From the NCBI RefSeq assembly GCF_006345805.1, contig NC_043008.1, positions 55,366,001 to 55,430,000 of the forward strand: 64,000 bases of DNA, written 5' to 3'. The notes under the pieces were generated by a model, which was given only the letters and a program-made list of their open reading frames with translations, had not been told where the DNA came from and did no database searches. This document shows positions 39,020-52,354 of this stretch, one piece after another; positions within the stretch are counted from its first letter, which is position 1; the number at the start of each line of letters is the position of its first letter. A program made the position numbers and the translations under genes. Source of the DNA: Octopus sinensis (taxonomy: Eukaryota).

Positions 39020-39957
39020 CTCAGCGTTGGTAGTGAATGGAAGCAGTAGTTGTGAAAGTGGAAACTGGCTAAGATAACAGAGGCAGAGATGGAGTCTGTG
39101 ATCTGTTACATAGAGTCACTGGTGACAATGATAAATATGATGATGATGGTGGTGGCAATACGTCGGGTATGATGATAGTGCAGCTGTAGTAATAGCGACT
39201 GCGATAATTACGGGTGGTTATCAATGGTAATAATGGATGACTATGGGTATAATATCAGGGTTATAGTGGTGGTACCAACGATAATGATGGGAAGTTATAA
39301 TGGTAGTATCACTGGTGATAACTGGAGGTTATCAAGTGATAGCGGGTAGCTACCGGGGTGTGGGGGGAAGAGTTAGTGACTGTGAAAGTAACAGAGAATA
39401 GTAAAAATGTCGGTGCATGGTTTTATAGAGGGGTGGTTGGCAGTGATAGCCATGATAGTAGCATGCTATGCGGTGGCTTGGGGAGCGATCCTGGTATCGA
39501 GGTTGTTGCTATAGTTTCCTTACTGCTGTTGTTGTTATTATTGTTGTTGTTGTTGTTGTGGTGGTGGTGGTGGTGGTGGTAGTGGTTGCGGCTGCTGCTG
39601 ATGTCCAGAGGAGGATTTATTTAAAATTCCGAGCAAACACAAGAAGCCGATTTGCTTGAGTGAATTTGCACTGACACAAGTATACCCAGCTATGGTAGCA
39701 ATCCATTAAGCAATAACAAGCCAGTAATAGTAGCGACAAGAGCAATTCACAATGAAAACAACAGTAAACAGAAGTGTGAAATGGCTGTTTGGCGAGCGTG
39801 GCGGCAGTAGTGGAAATCAAAGAGAGAGCGCGTGTGTGTGTGGGAAGGAGAGAGAGAGAAAGATGAAGCTTTAAATGTTAGGACGAATGTGAAACGAAAT
39901 CTTTCTGATTCTCTCTTTTATAAACACGCGAGCACACCACACATATGAATGTATGCG

Positions 39958-39994
<37 letters not shown>

Positions 39995-40506
39995 TGCGAA
40001 AATAGAGATTATCTCGTGAACAGAAGGAAGAGCAAAATTAACATTGGAACAAAACGGTCAAAGCCAACACAAGAATTAGTAGACGTTGTTGAAGCAGCAA
40101 CAGCAGCAGTTGTACTGAGAACGGGGGCGGCGGCAGTGATGCTAATTGCTGATTATAATTAAGGTATTTCTTCCGATTAAATTACACAAGGTCATTTGTG
40201 GTGGAGGAAAAAAATGAAGTAGTTATACATCTTAATACGTTTGTTGGTTGGTACTTAATTTCAACGTCCGCGAAAAAGAAAATGAATTACAAAAATACAA
40301 AACGAAATAGGCTACGTCCATCTCGTCTGAACTCAACCTGTGAACAGGACTCAGTATCAGACTTCAAAAACAATATATACGTCAAGCCTAAAAATATGCT
40401 TGGATAGGCTATGGTCACTGTCCACTTCAGGAACGACACAAAAAATATATTCTTTAACACAAACCATTCTATGGTAAAACTGAATAATTCCCTTTGACTA
40501 AATACA

Positions 40507-40537
<31 letters not shown>

Positions 40538-42034
40538 GTAGAAATAAAGGAAGGTTAAAGGTTCAGATTTATTCTGAATGAATTTCGAACTCGGAACATC
40601 GAGACTTCGAACAAAACAGAAGTCTCAAGTTTATTTTTTTCTTTACTCGGAAACACAAACTGGCGATCCGAATGACTGAGAAAATCATTCAATAACGAAA
40701 TTAGCGACTGCTAATTGCTATTCAGTTGTGCTTTTAATTATTACTAATATTTTCTCTAAATTTACCAGTATGTGTATGTAATTTTTACGTTTCCTTTGTG
40801 TATAAAGAGAAATTGAAAGTTGGTCATGTCGAATAAAGGAAAGAATAAGCATAAAGGACGAGACGGGAGACAGAAAAGGAAAGCGAAAGAAGAAGAAAAT
40901 ATTTAATTCTCGCACCAAAATCCCTTCTATAGTATAACAACAAAAAAAAGCAATGCTTTAAGCAACTTTAATTTCTAATTTTGTAGCACAATGCATACTT
41001 CATAACCAATCCACCGTGTTTTTAACTCTAAATTTGTTTAGGTCTCTAGGGTAGGAAAAAGAAAAACCTCTAACGTCCAGCCTTGACAAACACCGAGTAT
41101 TCGGCGCAACAACGAAGCATTATTGCTACATATCGAAATATTATTTTATAAAGGCTATAAATATTGATAACAAATGAATGAATAAACCCTTTTTTTTTTA
41201 ATTAATACAAAAAATTGCTTGTAAAATGTAGTCCTCCCTGTTTGAAAGGGTCGACCTACGGCATTAGTTTCAATGAAATAACACCTTAACTTGGAGATAA
41301 AAGCAGGGTGAGGTACTGATTTTACTCGCCGGGGCCTAATGAATTTTTCTTAAAAGAAAAAAATGATTTGTCACAATGATTATTAATATTCACCTGCATC
41401 CGAATGGCAGCATGAGAGGGACTAAAAATTGGAGGTTTATGTAAAAGCAGTGGACTTAGGAGGCACGGGGAGTAACAATTATCTCGCAAAACATGTCACT
41501 CGTGTTATAATTCTTCACGTGGAATAGCGAATTCAAATGTAAATTAAAACAACAACATGACATAAACCAGTAAATAAAAAGAGCTTAACCCTACAAAACA
41601 GCAAAAAGAAAAAACAAAACAAGGATAACCTACCTGTGCAGAAATGGTGGTGATTATTTGCCGGGGGAGGGGACCTACGAAGGAGGGATAGGTATTTAAG
41701 GGCCGGCCGTCTGCTTCTCTGTTTCAGCTCAGCTCAGGTGAGGTGAGATGAGGTGAAGTGAAGTCGGAAACCCTGGGTTACAGAGTGAGAGAAAAAGCAG
41801 CCGGGAGTAGCGAAGGGCTACAAATCTACTTTTGGAAGTGCCATATATGAATGAAGCAAGCAGCAGGTGGATGAAGAGAGGCTGTGGCCTCCCTGGTTCG
41901 TCCTCTGCTTTATCTCCATTAAATCTCTTTAGACGATAGAATTCCAATACATCCGAATGCCTTGATTATATATATATATACATATATATATTCCGTATTT
42001 ATTCCTGTTCCACTTGCTGCTCTCCTTATTTTTT

Positions 42035-42070
<36 letters not shown>

Positions 42071-42545
42071 TTTGATTTGATAGAGTAACTTTTTTGTTTT
42101 GTTTTGTTTTTTTCTTTCCTTTTTCGGTGGTGTTTTTTTTTTATATAATCAGTCAGATTAATTTTTAGATTGTGTGGTAAACATCAAGGTAGTCCTGCTA
42201 CTGCTGCTGCTGCTGTTGTTGTTGGTCTTTCTGGCAGAGAATGCAGCAACAAGAACAACACGAAGACAACACCAGTCTTTGACAACACGCTACACTGACT
42301 CACACACTTGCCAGCACAGTCGTCCGTCATTTTCCACGGCACCATTATTCTCTATTCGTTCCCTGTTTTGTCGCCTTCTTCTATATATTTTACTTCAAAT
42401 ATATCTTCTTTTAGCTTTTTTTTGGTATCCTTAAAAAAAAACAGAATACTACATCGTGGCTCGAGTTGACTTAACCTCGGGAACAGCAACAATAGATATA
42501 AGGTGATGAGAGAGAGCTGCAATCATTTATTTAGTAGTGCAGCTT

Positions 42546-42581
<36 letters not shown>

Positions 42582-43790
42582 GTGGGAGAGTGCGAGGGGG
42601 AGTGGCGACGAAGCAACGTCACCAACACTTGGTAAATAGACGGAGCGAGACATCCATCCATCAATCGTATCGATACGGCAGCAAAACAACAAGCAATGTC
42701 GAGCAAATACACTCACATTTAACACGCGAGCATTTTTATATACGCGCGCGCGCACACACAAGCGAGCAATTTTTATATACGCGCACATACACAAGCGAGC
42801 GCGCATGCAATTATACACGCAACATAGGCACGCGCACGATATTTGTCTAACTTAGTGCACACATCCTTACCTTTTCCTCCCCCCTTTTCATCACATCCGA
42901 TCTTTCCCACTTCAAATTGTAATATATATATTTAATATATATATATATAATCCCTCTGACAACGTTTTTTTCGTTTTCTTTCGCTCCCTCATTCAATCTT
43001 CCGTTGTTCTCTCTCTCACAGCACACCAGCAGTTCAAGCTTCATCTACACATTTTCATTCTTTCGCATTCTTCCCACCACCGCCACTCTTTCTTTTTTTC
43101 TTTCTTTCTCCATCATTTCAGAAACTCTAATAACCCCCCCTCTCTCTTTCTCTCTACTTTTCTCATCTTCTTTCTCCCTTTCTCTTCCTTCCTTTCACTT
43201 TCTAGTCACTAATCTCTTTCACGTCGCTCTATAATTTTCATCTATCTATCTATCTATCTATCTGTCTGTCTAATTTTTAGCCCTACTCGTCCCCCACTCA
43301 CCCCCTCGTCACCGAATTGATTAAACTAAATAGTTCTATTTTAATGGACAAAAGAAAACCTATCCAGACGGAACAGAGCTGAACAGGTCCTTCCTTCCTT
43401 CCTGGTTGCTATCGTCTAACCTCGAACAGCATTTACTGCAGACTAGACACTTGGACTTCGTATTAAAAGCCAATTTCAATGCTTGTTGTTAACCACATCC
43501 GTTACAGCCGCGATTACGTCCATGACCACCACCACGACCACTGTCACTGCTTCTGCAACTGCCACGACTACCAACCAACAACAGCACATCAACAGCACTC
43601 CTATACCACCCAGGATCATTTCTGCATAATCCTCACATTCACCACAGACTATTAACGGTCGTTGTTGGTGAAACACTACTATACCACAAAAACCATTATG
43701 AAAAACATGAGCAACCAACAAAATCTGTCGCCATAAACCACCACAATCCGCCTCCCCGTTATCTGCCACAATCTGCCGCCACAATTATCA
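39020..43790. promoter_or_regulatory. SINE-free, CpG-retaining island: candidate multi-promoter region
   Basis: No recognisable SINE over ~4.8 kb in an otherwise SINE-saturated window; many CG dinucleotides; minus-strand TATA boxes (39915-39922, 42733-42742, 42770-42779); minus-strand donors GTAAGG (39523), GTAGGT (41633) and GTGAGT (43301); (GA)n/(CT)n tracts. Confidence 0.6.
39524..39890 (-). other. candidate non-coding first exon (TATAAAAG-driven)
   Basis: TATAAAAG lies ~25-30 nt upstream of the presumed start; ends GCA|GTAAGG; no in-frame ATG ORF. Confidence 0.35.
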
Positions 43791-43792
43791 TA

Positions 43793-44176
43793 GGCGCAAG
43801 AGTGGCTGTGTGGTAAGTTGCTTGCTTACCAACCACATGGTTCCGGGTTCAGTCCCACTGCGTGGCATCTTGGGCAAGTGTCTTCTGCTATAGCCCCGGG
43901 CCGACCAATGCCTTGTGAGTGGATTTGGTAGACGGAAACTGAAAGAAGCACGTCATATATATGTATATATATATTTATATGTGTGTGTTTGTCCCCCTAG
44001 CATTGCTTGACAACCGATGCTGGTGTGTTTACGTCCCCGTCACTTAGCGGTTCGGCAAAAAAGACCGATAGAATAAGTATTGGGCTTACAAAGAATAAGT
44101 CCTGGGGTCGATTTGCTCGACTAAAGGCGGTGCTCCAGCATGGCCACAGTCGAATGACTGAAACAAGTAAAAGAGA
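43793..44176 (+). mobile_element. SINE family A, full length
   Basis: Complete from head ggcgcaagagtggctgtgtggtaag to tail gtaaaagag. Confidence 0.92.
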
Positions 44177-44441
44177 GAAAGGGAGATATTTCAAAATATC
44201 GAGAATAAAGTGTGTTTGAGAAAAATAACCCCCCTACACACACACATTCTGACCCCCCCCCCCGCCATGCCGTTACATGTTTACAGTAGGGAGCACAACC
44301 AAAGCCAGCCACACACCACCAGTTACCCCCACCAGACATCTTTGTCAACTACAACTTGGCCATACCTACACTGTGCCCTTACTGACTCCCCACCACCACA
44401 TTGTTCAAAATGTCAACACCACTTCCTTTGGTTTTCTTCAG

Positions 44442-44561
44442 CAGCAAACTTAAAACTAGAAACATGTCAGTCAGCTGAAGAAGTAGGCAGCTGCAGCTAT
44501 TTGCAGCCAGTCAGTGCACACAATTGCAAGTGTCATCCATTTTCACCGATTTCCTTGCCAG
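44442..44561 (+). other. candidate 120-nt phase 1-1 exon, open frame (ANLKLETCQSAEEVGSCSYLQPVSAHNCKCHPFSPISLP)
   Basis: Acceptor cttcctttggttttcttcag; donor CAG|GTAAAT; length divisible by 3; no stop. Confidence 0.3.
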
Positions 44562-44687
44562 GTAAATTAAATGTAGAGAAAATTCTTTAAGGAATTGTGG
44601 TAAGGACAATAGTGATGACTGTTGTGTTGGTGATGGTGGTGGTGGTTGTAGTGGTCAGTCATGTGGGTAAAAAAAAAAAGGTTTAAA

Positions 44688-44890
44688 ACTCTTTTACTCT
44701 TTTACTTGTTTCAATCATGTGACTGTGGCCATGCTGGAGCACCGCCTTTACTCGAGCAAATTGACCCCAGGACTTATTCTTTGTAAGCCTAGTACTTATT
44801 CTATCGGTCTCTTTTGCCGAACCGGTAAGTTACGGGGGACGTAAACACACCACCATCGGTTGTCAAGCGATGTTTGGGGGACAAACAGAG

Positions 44891-44947
<57 letters not shown>

Positions 44948-45094
44948 ACGGGCTTTCAGTTTCCGTCTACCAAATCCATTCACAAGGCTTTGGTTGGCCC
45001 GAGGCTATAGTAGAAGACAGTTGCCCAAGTTGCCACGCAGTGGGACTGAACCCGGAACCATGTAGTTGGGAAGCAAGCTACTTACCACACAGCC
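44688..45094 (-). mobile_element. SINE family A, full length, inverted relative to the 43793 copy
   Basis: Tail-to-head match with a long (AC)/(AT) linker. Confidence 0.92.
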
Positions 45095-45169
45095 AATAAG
45101 AAACAGTATTAAAAAGAAGAAAAAACATTTTGCCCTTTATCCTTTCAGGTTTAATAAAGTACTGGGGTC

Positions 45170-45295
45170 TATTCACCGTATTTTCTGGCATACAAGTTGG
45201 ATTTTTCAGACCAAAATTTACAATGAAGGAAAGTAGGTTGACTTATACACCAAGACAACTTTGGTGGACTAAAAATCTCATCTGAAAAGCAGCAA
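45170..45295. mobile_element. pogo/Tc1-like MITE end fragment (second copy at ~53324-53450)
   Basis: ccgtattttctggcatacaag...ttttcagaccaaaatttacaa...gtaggttgacttatacac is shared by both sites. Confidence 0.5.
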
Positions 45296-46966
45296 CCCAT
45301 GCTAGCATGGAAAACGGACATTAAATGATGATGATGATGATTAGTGGCCCAGACACGGTTTACTAAATTCTGGAGAGTGGAAGGCTACTGATGTATAACA
45401 AAAGAGAGTCAGTCACCAGTAGATCTGACTCTACAAAAGCCACACTGATGGTCATTAAAGAAGAGGGATTCAAGGTGTTGGAGAAGGCCCTTGCTAATGG
45501 CTGTCTTCGTCATTTTTGAGATGCTGGGACTGAAAGATAACCCTAAAACCCTGGGACTACCATAACTGGACTACCTTTAAACATACGTATTACAACAACA
45601 GTCTTTGGGGAAACTTGATAATGTCTTGACATTAATCAGAACTGGTAAGCATTATTTATACATTAGTGAATTTAGCCAGAACATATCAAGCACGATTTTA
45701 TATACACAGGAGAATGTGAATTAGCATCGGTAAAATGTCATGTGGGAGAGGGGAAAACCAGTCTGCATCATTTGATGGTGCTGATAAAACATCAGCTAAT
45801 AATAGTGATAATGTTCATCAGCATTATCAGAGTACATGGAAAATAACTTGAACATCAAGGCTGTCACCCAAAACAGATCAAAGATGGGGAAACATATGAA
45901 TGATTGAGAGGGACAGAGAAAGAAAAAGTGGAGGTGTAATGTAAGATGCAATGAAGAAAATATAAAAACCATTCCAGTGTTGATGGAGAACTAACTAGCT
46001 GGTAATATTGTTTTGTTGGCAGCCAAAATTATTTCCTTTAGTGTAAACATCAGAAATGAACACTTTGGACAGCCAGAAATATTCCGCATTCGGTAGACAG
46101 ATAGATATATTGGCAATTGACATCAGTAAAACTCTTCAACACTAATTTGTCATTAACATTTTCAAGTGTAGAGCTGCCACCAGCCAAGACAGCTTCTATA
46201 TATAACTAAAACTCTAAGGAGTTAATTATTTTTTCTTTAGCCATTTCCTGGTTGCTGACAGCATGGCCACTGCACAGAACCTAATATAAAGAAGCCTCAT
46301 CTTTTACAGGCAGCAGCTATTATAGTTATTACATAACCGTAAACTTTTAACCTTCGTTAACACTATACCAATCAGCAAAATTTGGTGATGAAATTGCTAA
46401 CATGCCAGACAAAATGTTTAGCAGCATTTCTTCTGGTTTTAGGTTGAGTTCAAATGCCGCCAAGGTCAACTTTGCCAGTCAACTTTTTAAGGTCAATAAT
46501 ATAAGCACTTGGGGTGGGGACAGGGACAATGTAACCAACAAACTACCTCCTTCAAAATTTCAGACCTTCTGGCTGTAGTAGAATTATTTTTTAAAGGTGG
46601 TGTCCTGGAATGGTCATAGCCTCTAGCTGAAAAAAGTAACAAATGACAATTCAACTCAATTGGAATGGGTTTCGCTAACTAGTGAAACCAGTTGGCATTT
46701 AACTTTCAAATTATTACAACAATATTTATTAAAAAATATAACCCTCACATCTTCCACCCATATTCACCCTTATAAAATGTGGGATTACAAAATTCATGTT
46801 TAACATTAAAACAAGGCTATACACAGCTAACTTCATCATTCTTACTACTCTGTCCCTCTCTTTCTCACTAATACCCAACTCTAATCCTATCCCTTTACAT
46901 AATCCTTTTCCAGTGTCAACTCTTTTGGGCTCTTCACTATCAAACTCTCACAACAACACACACACA

Positions 46967-46998
<32 letters not shown>

Positions 46999-48766
46999 AA
47001 AGCACTAATGTTGAAGTTTGGTCAGAGAGCGACCAATGTTTTCACATCCACAAAATTTAACTCTGGAAGAGTTAAATTTGTCTTTGTATAGAGTCTGATG
47101 AGCTGCACACAAAACTATGCTCTTATCACCTTGCCTAAAATCATCTTTCCTAGGCTCGCAAATGGCAAGACAACCTCACTAGTGCTGGTGCCAAGAGAAA
47201 AAGCACTCCATGCCAGCATGGAAAATAGACATGTGATGATCATTATTTTGTTTTGCATATTCAATTTTGTATTTTGAGATACAAAAATATGCGATATTCT
47301 TGCAAACGTGGAAATCCTAAATATTTTATATATACCTGAAAGTGTAAAGTGAATGAGAAAAACAGCATTAATTATGAAGATGGAATTTAACAGAAGAGAG
47401 ATCTACCATTTCCCCCATCCTCTTTTCAAAGAAAATTTTGAATGTTGCCAATTGTTATACCCATGAAAGTGGTGTAAACAAAGGAAAATATAAGTACTTC
47501 TATTAAATATAACACTATATTTCACAAACAGAGAGAAAATTAATAACAAAAAACTTTATGAGCATTATAAGATAATATATTCAATATGGGAATTCCATTA
47601 GAAAAGATTCTAATTGCTTGAACATCATTCAAGACAAATCATTATATATATAAAGAAAATTTAAATGATTCCTTTGAAGAACTATTTATATGATACATGA
47701 AGTATAAATACATTTAGTATATTTTATTATATACTACTATATCTTATATATTCAGTTCCATTAAACAAACACATACATAGATATATATTGAAACTAGTAA
47801 CTGCTTAGTAAAAAATGTAAATACTGTCTTTCTTTTCCCCTTGATAAAGTTCTCTAAGCATTTTCATATATTAAAAGTAACATTTCTTTTTTAAATACAT
47901 TAGTGGACAGAGAATATATAATCAGTAAAAAATCTTGATTCAGTTTTATTCCTTGAAAATATCATTATTTATAAGGTATGATAAAAGGAATGTGGTAGAG
48001 ATCTTCAACTATGCAAAAGTTGCAAAGATCAATTTTATAAACATTAGGAAATTCTTGATCCATAAAATTCTAAAATTCCAGTCTTGTGTATTTTAGGTTG
48101 AAGTATTTTTCTACAGTTAGCAATAGCATAGGTAATGAGAGTTAAATAAAGTAAGACTTGCTAATTGAAAAACGTCAGTGAGAAAGAATCGTTAAAACTG
48201 GAAAATCCATTTAGAAAATTCATGTTTAACATTAAAGCAAGATTATGCGTTTGAGGGGAAGCATGTACTGCAACCTATATATTACAGGAGATGTATACAG
48301 TAGTCTGTTTGGTGTTGGGGGTGCCCCTAATACTTGACTAGTGTCTATTCCATCATTCCCAGAAGGATGAAAGACAAAGTAATTGATTACAAGAATGCAA
48401 AGATGTAAATAAATACTGTAAGGCCTAATTCTCTACCATGATCTAGTTCTGTACTAGACACAGCCTCTCTACCACAAGCTTGCTATATTTCAGTTCTCTA
48501 CTATATAACGGTTATATACCAGCTCTCTACTGGTTCTTTTCTATGCAATGTCCTGGACATGACTTTAAACTGCATAATACGATAGTCGAGACCTGCTTCT
48601 TGAGCTCCAGGGTTTTGAAGCATGTGGAACCACCTCTTAACCACTAATGCATCTAAGTCTACTCGGAGTTGTAGCACTTGTCAGGGTCCCAGATATGGTG
48701 GGGTTAGGTAGCCTATTAGGGCATGTGGAGACTGGATCTGGTAGATACTGCAGAAGAAACCTATTT

Positions 48767-48990
48767 CTTTACTGCCCACAAGGGGCTAAACACAGAGGGG
48801 ACGAACAAGGACAGACACACGGATTAAGTCAATTATATCGATCCCAGTGTGTAACTGGTACTTATTTAATCGACCCCAAAAGGATGTAAGGCAAAGTCGA
48901 CATCGGCGGAATTTGAACTCAGAACGTAGTGGCAGACAAAATACCGCCAAGCAGCTCACCCGGCGTGCTTATGATTCTGCCAGCTCACTG
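48767..48990 (-). mobile_element. SINE family B
   Basis: Head and body match the 56830 copy in reverse complement. Confidence 0.85.
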
Positions 48991-51074
48991 CAGAAGAAAC
49001 CTACATGGTTAAACAGAAGGGAATGCAGATGTAGCAACAAGCTGATAAAGACAGGGAGCAAAACGAGGCAAGTAAGGCACCTTGGTCATCCACTACATCT
49101 GCCTTCATTCCCATTTGTCATGACCTGGTTTTATCCCTGGATTGAAGCTGGTCATGGACAAGAGTGAGGTTGATGGTGCATAACTGATCTTCACTCTTAA
49201 ACAAAGTCATCATGCAAGCCATCCTTAAAGATGACAAGATGGTTCTAATTGCTCTGACAGAAAAACCACCATGCTCTGGCTCTTTATGGCTCTCTGCCAT
49301 GCACTGGCCCTCGACTATGCACTAGCTCTCTACTGTGTATGCAATTAAACAATGACCTCGATATGAACAATACTCAATTTCAAACAACAGCATCAGCATT
49401 AATAACTGTTTCTAACATGAGCCTAAAGCTTGAAATTTGTGGGAGTGGGGTTAGAAGATGAAATCAACTTTAGTACTTGACTGGTACTTTATCAACCCCA
49501 AAAGGATTAAAGGAAAAGTTGGCCATGACAGGATTTGAAACCCTGACAGTAAAGAGCCAGAACAAATACCACAAGTCATTTTGTCCACTGATCTAATGAT
49601 TCTACCAAACCACTACAGTTAACTATAACATCAATAATCCTTTCTACTATAGGCATGGAATTTTGAGGGAGGGAGCTAATCAATTACATTGACCCCAGTG
49701 GTCATCTGGTGTTTATTTTATCAACCCTGAGAAGATGAAAAGCAAAATTGACCTCAGCAGAATTTGAACTTGAAACATAAAGCCAGGAGAAAAGTTGCTA
49801 AGCATTTTGTTCAGCATGCTAAGACTTCTAGCTGCTCACTGCCTTCCTACCATTAATAATGAAAGCATAAACAAAACCAAAACAAAGAAGTCTACAGGGC
49901 AGTGACCTAAGCTACAATAACAGTGACTAAATACCCACTCAAACAAGAACCTTACCCTCTCAAGTACTAAGAAAAACAAGACCATCACTTGTTACAGTCA
50001 CCTCCTTTCCCATCACTAAAATTACTTCCCCGCACACTCTTACAGAACGTCCCCCTTTGTCCCCTCTGTCCTACTTATACTGCTCACTACTGTTCCCTGT
50101 GAGTAAGCTCCCTAATTCACCTCCAACTCTATCTATCTTTCAATCTCTATCTCCTCTATCTGTCCTTTTTTTTACTACTGGGGTAGCCAAGTATCCCCGC
50201 CATAGTAAGACACATATTTCTATCCCTCTATTATATTCTAATCTTTCACCTGGCACAAAGCCACTACTTAGCCACAGCTGTGCCTTATTAAAAACAAAAA
50301 GAAAAAAGAAAAGAAAAAGAGCCATTGGACAATATATTTTTAGACACAGAATAAATATAAGAAGGCCATCATTGGAATGTCTTTGATTATATATTTTCAG
50401 TCAGATTACTACTAATACAGCTCTGATTAAAGTTTCAGTTTCCAAAGTAAATTTCTACATGACAGAACGAAACTATACAATATTAGTAACTTCCAACTGT
50501 TCCAAAAGATTTCCAAACCGAAAAGACATCTTTCTGAGAATAACAATTGTTCTTTAGACTAAACACAGCAATCTTGCAATTTTTTCCAGTCTATATTACT
50601 ATGTCGTTTCTGCTACAGCAGCAATGTCTGTATAATTGCCAGCTGCTTTCGTTGCTAACCGTTTCCTTAGTAAAGCTTTTTCACTAATGCCATCACTGAC
50701 TTGAGAATATTAACCCTACCACTCAGTCCAGACAAAAATAATATGTGGTAAGAAGCTTGCTTCCCGACCACGTTTCCAGGTTCAGTCCCACGGTGTGGCA
50801 CCTGGGGTAACTGTTTTGTACTATGACCTCAGACCAACCAAAGCCTTGTGAATGGATTTGGTGGATGGAAACTGAAAGCCCATCATATATATATATATAC
50901 GGGAAAGTTTATGAAAATAAACAAAAGATGAAGGCAGGTGGAGTACAAACAAAATGTATTAGTATAGTGCTCAGGAATAGAAATAGAAAAAGTCCTTTAC
51001 GTTTCGAGCCTATGCTCTTCCACAGAAAGATACACAGAAAAAAAACAAGGAGAGAAAAAAATGCATGTAGGAGC

Positions 51075-51109
<35 letters not shown>

Positions 51110-51916
51110 CCAGTGTTGGTGTGCTTGCATCCTTGTAACTTAGCAGTTCAGCAAAAAGAAATCAATAGAATAAGTACCATGCTTAGAAAATAAGTATTGG
51201 GGTCATCAATTCATTCGACTAAAAATTTAATTGACCCCAAAAGGATGAAAGGCAAAGTCAACCTTGGCGGAATTTGAACTCAGAACATAGCGGCAGACAA
51301 AATACCGCTAAGCATTTCGCCCGGTGTGCTAATGATTCTGCCAGCTCGCCGCCTTCAAAGGTTTAGTCAAACAAATTGACCCCATTACTGAATTTTTTAA
51401 GTTGGGTACTAATTCTATCAAGTCTATTTTGTCAAACTGCTAAGTCACAGGGAATAAACAAACCAATACCAGTTATCTAATGGTGGAGGACGGGAAGGCA
51501 AACACACACATGGCAGGCTTCCACACAGTTTCTGTGTACCAACTTTGTGCACAAGACATTAGTTGACCCAGGAATATCATAGAAAACACTAGCCCATGGT
51601 GCTGCACTGTGTGGCTGAACCCAAGATCACATGGTTCAGAAGCAAGCTCCTTAACCATACAGCCAGGGTGTGCATTCGTAGAATGAAGACATCATCTCAT
51701 ATTAGACTTTAAGCTTTGCCAAGTTCTTGGATTTAACATTTCCAGTAGCAATAATTGTGACTTTTCAAAAAAAAAAAAAAAAAAAGCATCCCACAGTATC
51801 TTAATTTTGATGCTGTATAAACTGCAAAACATTTCAGTAAGATTTTACCCAACACTATATGTATATAGACAGATATGAACACTTTGTCTCTATACAACAA
51901 CATGGAAAAGAAGTAG

Positions 51917-52330
51917 GGTGGCGAGCTGGCAGAAATGTTAGTGCACCGGGCGAAAGGCTTAGCGGTATTTCGTCTGTCCCTATGTTCTGGGTTCAAATTC
52001 CGCCGAGGTCGACTTTGCCTTTCATCCTTTCGGGATCGATAAATTAAGTACCAGTTACGCACTGGGGGTGATTTAATCGACTTAATCTGTTTGTCTGTCC
52101 TTGTTTGTCCTCTCTGTGTTTAGCCCCTTGTGGGTAGTAAAGAAATAGGTATTTCGTCTGTCTTTACGTTCTGGGTTCAAATTCCGCCAAGGTCGACTTT
52201 GCCTTTCATCCTTTCGGGGTCGATAAATTAAGTACCAGTTACGCACTGGGATCGATGTAATCGACTTAATCTCTTTGTCTGTCCTTGTTTGTCCCCTCTA
52301 TGTTTAGCCCCTTGTGGGCAATAAAGAAAT
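51917..52330 (+). mobile_element. SINE family B with a tandem 184-bp body duplication
   Basis: tatttcgtctg unit starts at 51966 and 52150; one head only. Confidence 0.9.
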
Positions 52331-52354
52331 AAGAAATAAGAAACATGGACAAGA

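Noticed and set aside
41729-41947. 72-aa minus-strand ORF and 42174-42434 signal-peptide-like ORF in the promoter island
   Set aside because: No family similarity recognised; the poly-Leu stretch comes from a (CTG/TTG)n microsatellite.
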